A DNA stretch of 63,796 bases, filler included, from Octopus bimaculoides (Eukaryota), in the NCBI RefSeq assembly GCF_001194135.2. It is 7 parts of 6 records of this genome, joined end to end, with 100 filler letters (N's around TTAATTAATTAA, not from the genome) between each part and the next. Parts side by side here need not be neighbours in the genome. Positions count along the whole stretch, not along the records: positions 24,257 to 33,330 come from NC_068981.1; positions 33,431 to 47,395 come from NC_068982.1; 5 more parts are not named here. One strand, 5' to 3'. Shown here one piece after another: positions 27,007-39,324 of this stretch (its first letter is position 1; each line of letters opens with the position of its first letter). The translations under genes were made by a program, and so were the position numbers. Under the pieces are notes generated by a model that was not told the DNA's origin, did not search any database, and saw only the letters and a list, made by a program, of their open reading frames with translations.

Positions 27007-30000
27007 NNNNNNNNNNNNNNNNNNNNNNNNNNNNNNNNNNNNNNNNNNNNNNNNNNNNNNNNNNNNNNNNNNNNNNNNNNNNNNNNNNNNNNNNNNNNNN
27101 NNNNNNNNNNNNNNNNNNNNNNNNNNNNNNNNNNNNNNNNNNNNNNNNNNNNNNNNNNNNNNNNNNNNNNNNNNNNNNNNNNNNNNNNNNNNNNNNNNNN
27201 NNNNNNNNNNNNNNNNNNNNNNNNNNNNNNNNNNNNNNNNNNNNNNNNNNNNNNNNNNNNNNNNNNNNNNNNNNNNNNNNNNNNNNNNNNNNNNNNNNNN
27301 NNNNNNNNNNNNNNNNNNNNNNNNNNNNNNNNNNNNNNNNNNNNNNNNNNNNNNNNNNNNNNNNNNNNNNNNNNNNNNNNNNNNNNNNNNNNNNNNNNNN
27401 NNNNNNNNNNNNNNNNNNNNNNNNNNNNNNNNNNNNNNNNNNNNNNNNNNNNNNNNNNNNNNNNNNNNNNNNNNNNNNNNNNNNNNNNNNNNNNNNNNNN
27501 NNNNNNNNNNNNNNNNNNNNNNNNNNNNNNNNNNNNNNNNNNNNNNNNNNNNNNNNNNNNNNNNNNNNNNNNNNNNNNNNNNNNNNNNNNNNNNNNNNNN
27601 NNNNNNNNNNNNNNNNNNNNNNNNNNNNNNNNNNNNNNNNNNNNNNNNNNNNNNNNNNNNNNNNNNNNNNNNNNNNNNNNNNNNNNNNNNNNNNNNNNNN
27701 NNNNNNNNNNNNNNNNNNNNNNNNNNNNNNNNNNNNNNNNNNNNNNNNNNNNNNNNNTATATATATATATATATGCACACACACACACATTCATACATAC
27801 ACATGTATGGATGTCTTTTCATATACGTACGTATGTATTTGCGTGTGGGTTTGTTGTATATATTTTTCTTCCTTTTCTCCCCCACCTTAATCAGTGGCAT
27901 TAGCTGTGGGGCTTACCTATAATTTCGGTGGGGAGGTGTAACTGCAGGGGAATGCTGTAGAACTTGGTAGCGGGGAAACTCCACAAGGGGACCAAACAGC
28001 AAAGAACGATCCCTTCGTATTGTTTTGCCATTTTTTGTTAATGTTTTTTTTTTTTTGCTCATTCTTAGTCTCATAAAACCAGCAACTAATAACAATAATA
28101 ATAATATTAATGACAAAATGTTTTATTTAATGGTAATGGTTGTTGTTCTTGTTGTAGTTATCTAGAAACCATGTTGTTGATGCTAATGATGGTGATAATG
28201 TTGTTAATGGATCGCTGTCTGAGTTTGTTGGAGTACTCGTCTGTACAAGATTATAATGATTTTGTCACTGTTTATTTGCCGAACGGCTTTACTGAGAAAC
28301 AACTAGTGTTGTTGCTTTTCTTGTTATTATGGTTGCTGAGGGCGAATTTGTTGTTCATGTTACTGCTGTTGTTTGTAAACGTCGTCGTCAAAATGGCGTT
28401 TGCAGAGAGAAGCTTGTCATTGATATTGTAGTTATACTGTATTTGATGCACTGTTTTATACTGCAGAATGTGATATAGCTTAGGTGTAATGCACAATACT
28501 ATTCTATTGTGAGGTGGGTATTTGTTTTGGTCATGAAATTTGGTTAAAGCGCAGAATTATGCTCTCGAGATGGGTGGAGATGAGGGGAAGGAGAAAATTG
28601 TTCTGGGTTTTTTTTGTTTGTTTTTTTAGCACTGGTCAAAGATTATGTCAGGAATATCACTGACCAGTCACCATCTTAAAACCTGCGTCAGATGGACCAG
28701 CCCAATCTCGGGTAGGCAGTCGAATTGGAGAAGAGCAAGGAAACATATGCATATATAAACATGCACATATATACATATGTATATTTATATACATACATAT
28801 ATTTATTCATAGGTATACATACATATATACGCATATATATGTATATACATTTACATACGTACATACAGGCATATATATATTGATACATATAACTATGTAT
28901 ATATATATATATTGATACATATAACTATGTATGTATATATATATATATNNNNNNNNNNNNNNNNNNNNNNNNNNNNNNNNNNNNNNNNNNNNNNNNNNNN
29001 NNNNNNNNNNNNNNNNNNNNNNNNNNNNNNNNNNNNNNNNNNNNNNNNNNNNNNNNNNNNNNNNNNNNNNNNNNNNNNNNNNNNNNNNNNNNNNNNNNNN
29101 NNNNNNNNNNNNNNNNNNNNNNNNNNNNNNNNNNNNNNNNNNNNNNNNNNNNNNNNNNNNNNNNNNNNNNNNNNNNNNNNNNNNNNNNNNNNNNNNNNNN
29201 NNNNNNNNNNNNNNNNNNNNNNNNNNNNNNNNNNNNNNNNNNNNNNNNNNNNNNNNNNNNNNNNNNNNNNNNNNNNNNNNNNNNNNNNNNNNNNNNNNNN
29301 NNNNNNNNNNNNNNNNNNNNNNNNNNNNNNNNNNNNNNNNNNNNNNNNNNNNNNNNNNNNNNNNNNNNNNNNNNNNNNNNNNNNNNNNNNNNNNNNNNNN
29401 NNNNNNNNNNNNNNNNNNNNNNNNNNNNNNNNNNNNNNNNNNNNNNNNNNNNNNNNNNNNNNNNNNNNNNNNNNNNNNNNNNNNNNNNNNNNNNNNNNNN
29501 NNNNNNNNNNNNNNNNNNNNNNNNNNNNNNNNNNNNNNNNNNNNNNNNNNNNNNNNNNNNNNNNNATATATTTTTTAATGAGTATTTTCATTTCTTTTTG
29601 TTTTTTGTATTTTTTGTATCTTTTTTTTTTCCATTTGCAATATTTTTCTACCAGTTTTCTTCCCAAAAACTTACAATATTTCATTAAATAAACTATGAAA
29701 TATTTTGACGTCACTTCAAGCAATTGTTTGTTGGTATTTTTTTTTAATATTTTTTTATTCTCATTAAGAAGAACAGGATTACAATTAAGACCCAGGTTCA
29801 AGTCCAGGCTACATTCTACCATTGACAGTCAACTGACGTGCAATGAGTCAAAGAAAAATATTAAAAAATAAAAAAAAAATAAATCAAAATATTGAGACGT
29901 TTCATAAAATTTGATAAAGATTCTATGATAGTTTATGGAACAACATAATTGTAATAATAACATCCAGTTCTTTATTTTTTCTTTTGGTTGAAACAGTTGT

Positions 30001-31100
30001 CTCTCTTCATAGTCCCTTTCATATGCATGTATATATGTGAACAGGTAGCGTATGTCAGTGTATGTATGTATATATGTGTGTGTGTGTGTGTGTGTTTGTA
30101 CATATGTATGAATATATATGTATGTATATGCGTGTGTTTGTGAGTTCATTTTTTTTTCATTGCACCGTTAGCCATCCACAATCATGCTCAATGCACTCTT
30201 AATTTCTTTCTACATCTCATTAATGTTTTAATTTAACGATACTAATTATAGTTATCTTAATTATACATATACATACATATAAACATTCATACATATATCC
30301 ATATATGTATATATAATTTTATAACCACTATGGGGTCTATATTCCTGTCTTTTTTTACCTTGGCCATTTATCTGAGTTGAGCTTTTTGCAATTGTAGTTA
30401 ATATTATGAAATCATTATTATTAATATTATTATTAATATTATTATTATCAGAATCTCTTTCTTGATGTCATATATGCATGTTTTTCTCATATTTTTTTCT
30501 GTTTCTCTTGAGATTTCGTTTTCTTTTTTTTGTGTGTGTGTCTTAATATTTTTACACAAACAGACATGTTTTTACCATTCCTATATTTTATGGACTCCTT
30601 CCTCTGTTCTTTAAAATCTTCTCCCTCAGCCTTCTACTCATTCTCCCCAACATAGTTACTATTCTTCTTGATTTTGTTTTTTATTCTTCTTCATTTTCTT
30701 TTCGTCTTTTTCCATTCCGTTTGTTTCCTTCGCATAACTGGTTGCCCCATTCTTTTATATCATACCTTTCATATATATATATATATNNNNNNNNNNNNNN
30801 NNNNNNNNNNNNNNNNNNNNNNNNNNNNNNNNNNNNNNNNNNNNNNNNNNNNNNNNNNNNNNNNNNNNNNNNNNNNNNNNNNNNNNNNNNNNNNNNNNNN
30901 NNNNNNNNNNNNNNNNNNNNNNNNNNNNNNNNNNNNNNNNNNNNNNNNNNNNNNNNNNNNNNNTATATATATATATATATTTATATATATATGTAGGTAG
31001 GTACAAATGTTGTATGCATGTTTTCTTCTTTTTAATTTTCTTCTTTAATAATAATAATAATAACGATTATTATTCTTTTATTGTGAAAATGTTGGGTATC

Positions 31101-31556
31101 TTAGGCCATTGCACCCACCATATTGGGTGTGGTGGACAGGTTTAAGCCGGAAGTCATCGCTCCTACCATTCCAGACGATGTGGACAGCGTGAGGCCCGAT
31201 GAGCTGATACTTGGAATGCTGGGTATACTGGGAAACGATGAGGTGAACTGCGAAGTAAGAGAAGGATTGAAAGTGTTACTAAAGCCAGCTGAAAGACCGC
31301 TAGACAGGCCGGACGAGGCTTGCATATGGCTTCCTACAGTCGAGCCAAACGAGCCTCCAAGGGAAGAGCCGCTCGTCATGTAGGTTGCCATTGGTGCATG
31401 CATTGGGGTGTACACAGATCCCGGGAACGGTTTGTCTAACGGTTTTAAGAGGTCGCTCATTGATGCCATACCTTTCTTACTTTTTTTGCTCTTTGTAGAC
31501 ATTTTACGATTTCTCGTTTGAATGCCGTCTTTTTTCATTGTGAGTGGTCGATTAAC
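31101..31556 (-). CDS. GATA123: GATA1/2/3-class transcription factor, last coding exon (basic region after C-finger plus Ser-rich tail, 151 aa + TAA)
   Basis: Acceptor ttactaattctgttttcgtttgttctctttccAG (AG 31558-31557) then [29 protein letters not shown], 27/29 identical to the recalled human GATA2 segment and unlike GATA4/5/6 (VPRPLAMRKEGIQTRKRK); phase-0 intron matches the vertebrate position; ends MVGAMA, like the MVTAMG end of GATA2/3. Confidence 0.96.
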   Translation of the reverse strand, partial: VNRPLTMKKDGIQTRNRKMSTKSKKSKKGMASMSDLLKPLDKPFPGSVYTPMHAPMATYMTSGSSLGGSFGSTVGSHMQASSGLSSGLSAGFSNTFNPSLTSQFTSSFPSIPSIPSISSSGLTLSTSSGMVGAMTSGLNLSTTPNMVGAMA

Positions 31557-31590
31557 CTGGAAAGAGAACAAACGAAAACAGAATTAGTAA
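31557..31590 (-). promoter_or_regulatory. 3' splice site: branch-point-like TACTAAT, polypyrimidine tract, CAG
   Basis: Directly visible upstream of the GATA exon on the minus strand. Confidence 0.9.
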
Positions 31591-31732
31591 TAGGAAGAAT
31601 GAAGTTGTTTGCATGAGGCGATCTTGATGTTACGTTCGGAATTCGATACTACCACCATTACTACTGCTACGACTACCATTGAAATTACAACTAGCGCAAC
31701 GCAACAACAACTACATCTAACGTGATAAGGGT

Positions 31733-31940
31733 TTCAAACTTTGGCCCAAGGTTAGTAAATCAAACTTTGGCTCAGGGGAGTAAGTCGATTGTATCGAACC
31801 CAGTATTCAACTTGTACTTATTTCATCGACCATGAAGGAAAAAGGGCAAAGTTGATCTGGGTAGAATTTGAACTCAGAACATAAAGACGGACGAAATAGC
31901 GCCAGGCATTTTCTCCGGCGTGCAAACGATTCTACCAGAT
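31733..31940 (-). mobile_element. SINE family B in the GATA last intron
   Basis: Family B body including head ..gaaatagcgccaggcattttctccggcgtgcaaacgattc. Confidence 0.8.
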
Positions 31941-33069
31941 CGCGGCCTTACATCTATTGTAATAATACGACTGATATTATAATGACACATTTGATGAGAA
32001 GTCCACAGCATCAGGACTGCCCTGGAGTAACGGGACACATGCACAAACACGTACACATGTACACATACGCACACAGACACACGCATGCACATTCTCACAA
32101 ATGGGATGTGGTAATACCACCACCACCAGCACAGCAACAACGACAATATCAACAAAAATAACAACAATCTCACAAACGAAAGTATTAAATTGCCGAGTTT
32201 TAGTTGCTGCAGAAGCTTGACAAAAAAAAAAAACACACGATGCTGGCAAAAATGGTGGCTGGGGGCGGGGGTGACGAAGATTGTGTTGCTGGCGGTAGTA
32301 GTAATGATGTCGATGGTGATGATGAAAATGCTGTATCAGGCAAGTCGGAATAGCTAAGTGAACTGAGATTATTTTCACAGATAACGCTGCTCACGTGACT
32401 CGCACGCATGTTTTCAGGGTACACTCTATTTATTGCAAATACATACACACACACATAGACATAGAAACACACATGCGCACACCCACTCATTCCTTACAAA
32501 ACACCGCCCTAACATACATACAAGGCTGCCTAATTTAACCTGTCCTTCATTTCTAAGGCAAGATGGGGGTGATTTTAGTGGGATTTGGCTGCTAGTTCTG
32601 AGTGGCAAAGTGTTCATGAACTGTTCGTTCGATGGCTCGTATTAAATGCGCACAAAGAGTAAATACTGCGTTCAATTTTATTAAAATTCCCAGTAGTAAA
32701 ATTAATATATCAGTGGTTGTGTACTCCGCAATCATGTTAATTTTAATGGAATTCTGAGGCCGAATCAGAGAGAGGAAGTGAGAGATCCAAATACTAAACT
32801 GGTGCTTTCTTCTTTGACCAGGAAATGGTAAAAAGCCAAGGGAACATCGGCAGAATTTGAACTTGAGATGTAGAGGGCTGGGATGATTGCTGCGATGCAC
32901 TCAAACCGAAGACGTAACGAGTGCATGTACACATACATACAGTCTGACGAAGTCGAAAAAATCGAAACTTCGAATCCACTCTTAACCTTTTCCCTTGTAA
33001 AAGTTTAACAAATATGTACTTTAAAAAGTATTGAGTAATCTTTTAGTTTAATGTTAAATTGTTGATATA

Positions 33070-33114
33070 TAACACCGGTTAACAAGCGATGGTGGGAGAT
33101 ATGCACAGACATAA

Positions 33115-33148
<34 letters not shown>

Positions 33149-33325
33149 ATGTACGTATGTATGTATACGGCAGGCATCTTTCAGTTTCCGTCTACCAAAT
33201 CCACTCACAAGGCTTTGGATGACCCGAGGCTATAGTAGAAGACACTTGCCTAAGGTGCCACGCAGTGAGACTGAACCAGGAACCATGTGGATGAGAAACA
33301 AGCTCCTTACCACACAACCGTGCTT
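33070..33325 (-). mobile_element. SINE family A, partial
   Basis: tcagtttccgtctaccaaatccactcacaaggctttgg..agacacttgcctaaggtgccacgcagtg is the reverse complement of the family A 5' half. Confidence 0.85.
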
Positions 33326-33430
33326 CAAATNNNNNNNNNNNNNNNNNNNNNNNNNNNNNNNNNNNNNNNNNNNNTTAATTAATTAANNNNNNNNNNNNNN
33401 NNNNNNNNNNNNNNNNNNNNNNNNNNNNNN

Positions 33431-33477
<47 letters not shown>

Positions 33478-33636
33478 CATACATATACAAACACACACAC
33501 GCATACATACGTATACATACACACATACATACGTATACATACACACACACATACATACGTATACATACACACACACACATAAATACGTATACATACACAC
33601 ATACACATACATACGTATACACACACACACACACAT

Positions 33637-33687
<51 letters not shown>

Positions 33688-34180
33688 CGTATACATACAC
33701 ACCCACAAAATGTGTGTGTGTCTCCATACATATGCTTAATGTTCGTGAAAATGAAGCCTGACTGCCTGTAATATATATTTTAAATTTTGCTCTACATATT
33801 TTATTCAACTTTTATTAAGTAATAATTCTACAGCATTTAATCCTACATCGAATAGACCTTTTCTAATTTTCATAATTTCATTAACTACCGGCTGCGTTGA
33901 AACATTTTTTACATTCATTTATTCACCAATATTTTTATAGACATCAATTGTTTTGAGACTAGTACTTTAATGTAACATTATCTATGTAAATACTTTTTCA
34001 TAATAGCTTTACACTTTCCCTTTACGATCTATTGTAAACATTACAATGTTCTTACAGTTTCACTCCTTCATTTATGTAGTTGTGTTTTTTTGTTTTTCTT
34101 TTCTTTTTTTCATTTTCATGTTTGTTCTAAATTTAAAAAAAAATATTTATATATTTTGTTTTTGAAATATGATGCCATCT

Positions 34181-34445
34181 ATTCTTCTTCTTCTTCTTCT
34201 TCTTCTTCTTCTTCTAGAGATTTTGTCGAATATAATCCCTTCAAGATCGACGTGGTCTTAGAAAGCAGTTCTTGGGCTGCATAAACTTTATTAGATACAC
34301 CACGAATTTATCATAATGGAATTGCTGCAGCGCTGTTTCACGCAATCCAGTAACTACTGTAGACTAATCCAGTTCAACGTGGTTGAATTTTAGCCATTCA
34401 TTTCAAAACTTCTTCTTAAAGCCTTACACATCGAGAAGACGTTCA
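34181..34445 (-). mobile_element. Probable LINE 3' end (RTE-like) with (GAA)n tail
   Basis: Complex sequence ending in a (GAA)n tract on the minus strand; only weak peptide resemblance (LLDCVKQ). Confidence 0.3.
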
Positions 34446-34449
34446 CAGT

Positions 34450-34719
34450 TGTTGTGGCGAGAGTCACAACATCCGCTGCGAGGATAGACTTGACCGAACG
34501 ACTATAAATAGTAGCGGTCTGCGTGAGATAAAGAGAGAGTAGGCGTTAATCGCCGGAAATCGTAAGGTGTCGCTTTGGTAGTTTGTCGGAATATCGTTTG
34601 TAGGTTCGTGGAGAGTTTGATGGATTGTTACGTTGTTGTTAACCGGTTTCGTTATGTTTTATTGTTACTACACGGTTATAGTGTCAAAAAGTATCGTCAT
34701 AAATATTGGCAATACAACA
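34450..34719 (+). mobile_element. 5' LTR of Gypsy element
   Basis: Starts TGTTGT (34450), ends ACAACA (34719); TATAAAT at 34503-34509; followed by PBS-like atattagcgacaagg (34720-34734) and gag. Confidence 0.7.
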
Positions 34720-34791
34720 ATATTAGCGACAAGGATTCTAAGATCACGCAGGTCAGCTAACAAATTTTTTTGTGATACAAAGTTGTTAATG

Positions 34792-36490
34792 ATGGAAGAC
34801 CTATTAGCTTCTATAATACAGTTGCAAAAACAGCAGCAAGAACAGCAAAAGGAGTTGCAGAAACAACTACTTCAGCAACAAGAAAAACAACAACAGTTCA
34901 TGGAGCTATGTCTTAAGAAGTTCGGAAACACTATAAGTTCGTTTTCGCCAGACAGCGTATCGAACTCTATAACAAAATTCAGTTATGACCCAGAGGAGGG
35001 TATAACGTTTGCAGGCGTACTTTAGAAGGTACGAAGAAATCTTCAGGGAAGATTGCAAGTCGTGGATGGAAAACGAAAGAGTAAGCCTATTATTACGCAA
35101 ATTAGCGCCCGCTGAACATGAAAATATTGTAATTTCATACTTCCCCAAAAAGCAAGTGAAATTTGTTTCCAAGAAACAGTCGAACTAATATCAAAAATGT
35201 TCAATGATAAGAGTTCCCTATTTAACACTTGATGGGACTGTTGGAACTTAGTTAAAAAAAGAAGATGAAGACTTTGTCACGTATGCTGGGACTGTAAACC
35301 GAATGTACGAAAGGTTTCAACTGAAGAAAGTAACTCCTGATATGTTTAAGTGCCTCATTTTTCTACAAGGGCTTACAGCAAACAAAGATGCGGAGATACG
35401 TGCAAGAATTCTCACAAAACTTGAACAAGCGGACCAAAGTTTAACCCTGCAGACAGTTGCAGAGGAGTGTCAAAGAATGGTAAGCTTACGTCAGGACGTA
35501 AAGAAAATTGAGGATAAGGAGTTCTCACAAGTACAAGCATGTCGACTGGGAATGTATAAAGGAAAAAATATTAAGACCAAACCTATGCTACGGACGTGGA
35601 GCCCTACATTTCAGGAAGGATTGTTCTTTCAAAACGCAAAAAATGTTACAGTTTCCAAAAAGTAGGACGCAAGAGCTCGCATTGCATAACAAAGTTATGA
35701 AGGTCTAACATAAAAAAATTCTAAAGTTTTCTCAACAGAAAGTAGAAGCGACACCAAAAAGAGGAAATTTGTACATGTAAAAGTGAATATTAAATTACAG
35801 TTAGATACTGGTAGTGACATCTCGATTATTTATACCGACACGTGGAAAAGAATTGGGAAACCTACGTTAAGAAAAACATTAAAAATTGCACGAGGTGTGA
35901 CAGGTGAAAAACTACACTTCGTAGGCGAAATGTAGAGTGATATCACATTCCGGGGGAACACCTCTAGATCAAAAGTTTTCGTTGTAAAAACTGGTTTCCT
36001 GAAGTACTGTCGGACAAATTAGGTCTCTGTTCTAAGACTGAGGCCTGTTTTCAAATAAAGAAAAACGTCATACCTGTATTCAAATCTAGTAGAAAGGTAC
36101 CATTTGCTGCGACAACGCAGGTAGAGGAAGAATTAGACAGACTGGAGAAGATGGGAATTATTCAAAAATGAGATTATTCTAAGTGGGCAGCACCTACTGT
36201 GTGTATTAAAAAAATAACAAAATTAGAGTGTATGCCAATTTTTCTACTGGTTTGAATGACTGTCTAAAAATGTGCCACTATGCACTGCCTACTCCGGGGG
36301 ATAGTTTTGCAAAATTAAATGGTGGCAAAATATTTTCGAAACTAGATCTGTCTGATGTCAATCTACAAATTAAAGTAGACGAGGAGTACTCGAAACTTCT
36401 AACAGTGAATACGCACAGAGCACTATACAAATATAATAGATTGCCATTTGGAGTGAAGGTCGCACCTGCAATATTTCAACAATATTTCAG
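34792..36490 (+). pseudogene. Gypsy/Ty3 gag-protease-partial RT, disrupted and 3'-truncated
   Basis: Gag MEDLLAS..FSYDPEEGITF, FKCLIFLQGL..DAEIRARILTKLE, degenerate knuckle CYGRGALHFRKDC, protease LQLDTGSDISII, RT FSKLDLSD..NTHRALYKYNRLPFGVKVAPAIFQQ; several stops and frameshifts; breaks before the YxDD motif. Confidence 0.9.
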
Positions 36491-37589
36491 GTGACTGAAA
36501 CAAGTAAAAGAATAAAAGAATAACAGAATATATATATATATATATGTATGTATGTATGTATATATATGTATGTGTGTGTATGTATATATGTATGTATATA
36601 TGTATATATATATATATGTATACATGTATATATATATATATAANNNNNNNNNNNNNNNNNNNNNNNNNNNNNNNNNNNNNNNNNNNNNNNNNNNNNNNNN
36701 NNNNNNNNNNNNNNNNNNNNNNNNNNNNNNNNNNNNNNNNNNNNNNNNNNNNNNNNNNNNNNNNNNNNNNNNNNNNNNNNNNNNNNNNNNNNNNNNNNNN
36801 NNNNNNNNNNNNNNNNNNNNNNNNNNNNNNNNNNNNNNNNNNNNNNNNNNNNNNNNNNNNNNNNNNNNNNNNNNNNNNNNNNNNNNNNNNNNNNNNNNNN
36901 NNNNNNNNNNNNNNNNNNNNNNNNNNNNNNNNNNNNNNNNNNNNNNNNNNNNNNNNNNNNNNNNNNNNNNNNNNNNNNNNNNNNNNNNNNNNNNNNNNNN
37001 NNNNNNNNNNNNNNNNNNNNNNNNNNNNNNNNNNNNNNNNNNNNNNNNNNNNNNNNNNNNNNNNNNNNNNNNNNNNNNNNNNNNNNNNNNNNNNNNNNNN
37101 NNNNNNNNNNNNNNNNNNNNNNNNNNNNNNNNNNNNNNNNNNNNNNNNNNNNNNNNNNNNNNNNNNNNNNNNNNNNNNNNNNNNTATATATATATATATA
37201 TATACATACACATGCGTATATTTATACATATATAAATATATATGTATATATGTACATATATATGTATATATAAATGCATATGTATATATATATGTATATA
37301 TATATGTGTATATATATATGTATATATGCATACATTCACATGTATATATGCATACATATATATGTATATATACATATATGTATATATGTATATATATATA
37401 TAAATGTATATATGTATATACATATATATATGTATATATGTATATAAATATAAATATATATGTATATATACATGTATATATATGTATGTATATATGTATA
37501 TATATATATATGTATACATGTATATATATATATATAACTTAACTTTGATAGGTTTCGATCTGTATAGGCCCAGGCCATGTCTAAATTAA

Positions 37590-38290
37590 TAACACTACCT
37601 CGTGAAGTCCTTTAGTCATATATGGGGCACCATATCCCACTCTAGTAAAGAGTTATTATTGTTGGAGACATATCCGTTATTAGTGTAGGAGGTTGGTCCG
37701 GGATTTAAAAAAAAAATTTCTCCAGTGAACATTTGAATTTTATGGGATCCGTTTCCGTTTTGACGTATTGTGGTGTGGTATTAAAGAGAGCTGGACCGGT
37801 TGAGGTAAAGTAATTGTGACCTAATGTTGCTAATGTGTACCGAGTTCGATATTTTAGTGGGCGGATAGCACGGGAGCCAAGTCTTGGATGGATTTTAAAA
37901 TTGATGCTAACATCATTTGTGCAAATTTGATGGAATACTTTCTACGTAACACAAATGATGTAGCACTCCCGGCGGCGTTGGAGAGAGTAGAGATTGAGTT
38001 TTTTTAGTAGACCCCAATAATCAATATCTCTCATGCCGTCTATCTTTCTTGTTATTGACTTCTGGAGTGCTTCTACTTTCATAATGAGTTGCTTCGTATG
38101 GGGTGGGGGCACAGTGGGCAACAGTATTCAAGGGGGGGCGGTCGGAAAAAAGTAGAGTAGAGAAGGATGATGGTGTAGGCATCTCTAGACCCGAAAGTTC
38201 TCAGAAGCCAATGNNNNNNNNNNAATCCAACTCACTAAGGGATAGTATTTATCCAATATATTGCTGGGAGGGTACCCAATTATTGTTACA
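37590..38290 (-). mobile_element. CR1-type LINE 3' end
   Basis: Minus-strand peptides LRTFGSRDAYTIILLYSTFFRPPLEYCCPL and DYWGLLKKLNLYSLQRRRE match the CR1 RT thumb and C-terminal L.LYSL.RRR motif. Confidence 0.8.
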
Positions 38291-38545
38291 CTAGTAATTT
38301 ACCAAGTGCAATAAGTGGGTGCGGGTAAAAGGTTTTTTTTACACTATATTTATATAGCAATAAGAAAATGGAGGGGAGTATGAGGTACTCATCAACTTGC
38401 AGACACTGTTCTATGTTGATTAATCCGTTTATTTTACAACCAAAAGGACAATAAAGACAATATAGAGACACTTATGACATACTATATCATATCAACAAAT
38501 AAAATTTCAAATTTAAAAGGACATCTAGCAACCGAAGAAGGGACA

Positions 38546-38681
38546 AAATCTTACAGCTGTTTCGGCCTAGCGTTGGCATGCCCCATTCTATCTATGTAGC
38601 TCCAGTACGCTGGAGTGATCGGTAGATGAAAAGGATGCAATGGAGGTACATGCATGATTCACTAGGCCTCTTCAGAGATTT
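38546..38681 (-). ncRNA. Minimal type I hammerhead ribozyme, intact core
   Basis: AAAUCU-CUGAAGA-GGCCUAG[long loop]CUAGGCC-GAAAC-AGCU-GUA-AGAUUU: 6-bp stem I, 7-9-bp stem II, palindromic ACAGCUGU stem III, GUA cleavage triplet. Confidence 0.8.
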
Positions 38682-38989
38682 ACAAAATTCAATTCATGAA
38701 TTTTTCAAAATTCAAATACAAATATAAAAATAAAAATATAAAAATATAAGAGCATATAAAAAAACATACAAAAAGCATATCAGAAACCATATAAAGAGTC
38801 ATAAAAACTCATATATACATGCATATGCATGTACATTACTATATATAGATATACGTGAATACAAAAACATAAACACGTGCAGATGTACATACATAGATGG
38901 CTGTACATAACATAAACAATGAAACGGGTTATTTCCCTTTAGTGTTTAAAAAATAGTGCAAATGCTATGGGTTATTTCCCTTGGTTATT

Positions 38990-39203
38990 TTTTTAAAATT
39001 AGTTATATGAGTTAGATATAAAGGTCCCTTCCAGGGGCCGTATTATCGATTTTTTTCAGCAATCTGAGTATGTTACGAGGTTTCCAGACATGAGTTCTAC
39101 TCATGTGTCAAGTTTCATCAAAATCAATAAAACGATGGAGGAGAAGTTAGATAACAACGCCACAAACAAACACACACTGATTTTCCACATATGTAGTAGA
39201 TAT
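38990..39203 (+). mobile_element. Non-autonomous Helitron/Helentron-like 3' end
   Basis: gtcaagtttcatcaaaatc..gaagttag..aacaaacacacac..tagtagatat resembles recalled Lep1/DINE-like 3' ends; not verified. Confidence 0.45.
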
Positions 39204-39277
39204 AGGAAGAGAGAGAAAGAAAAAGAGAGAGAGAAGGAGAGAAAGAGAGAGAGAGGGAGAGAGAGAGNNNNNNNNNN

Positions 39278-39324
<47 letters not shown>

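Noticed and set aside
27913-28116. Minus-strand ORF ending at a strong AG/GTAAGC donor (~27918)
   Set aside because: It lies downstream of the GATA stop, has no recognisable homology or clear acceptor, and one donor hexamer is expected by chance.
30159-30165. miR-92-family seed match GTGCAAT in the putative GATA 3' UTR
   Set aside because: A single 7-mer, and the UTR extent is unknown (an AATAAA already occurs at 31082-31077); needs conservation data.
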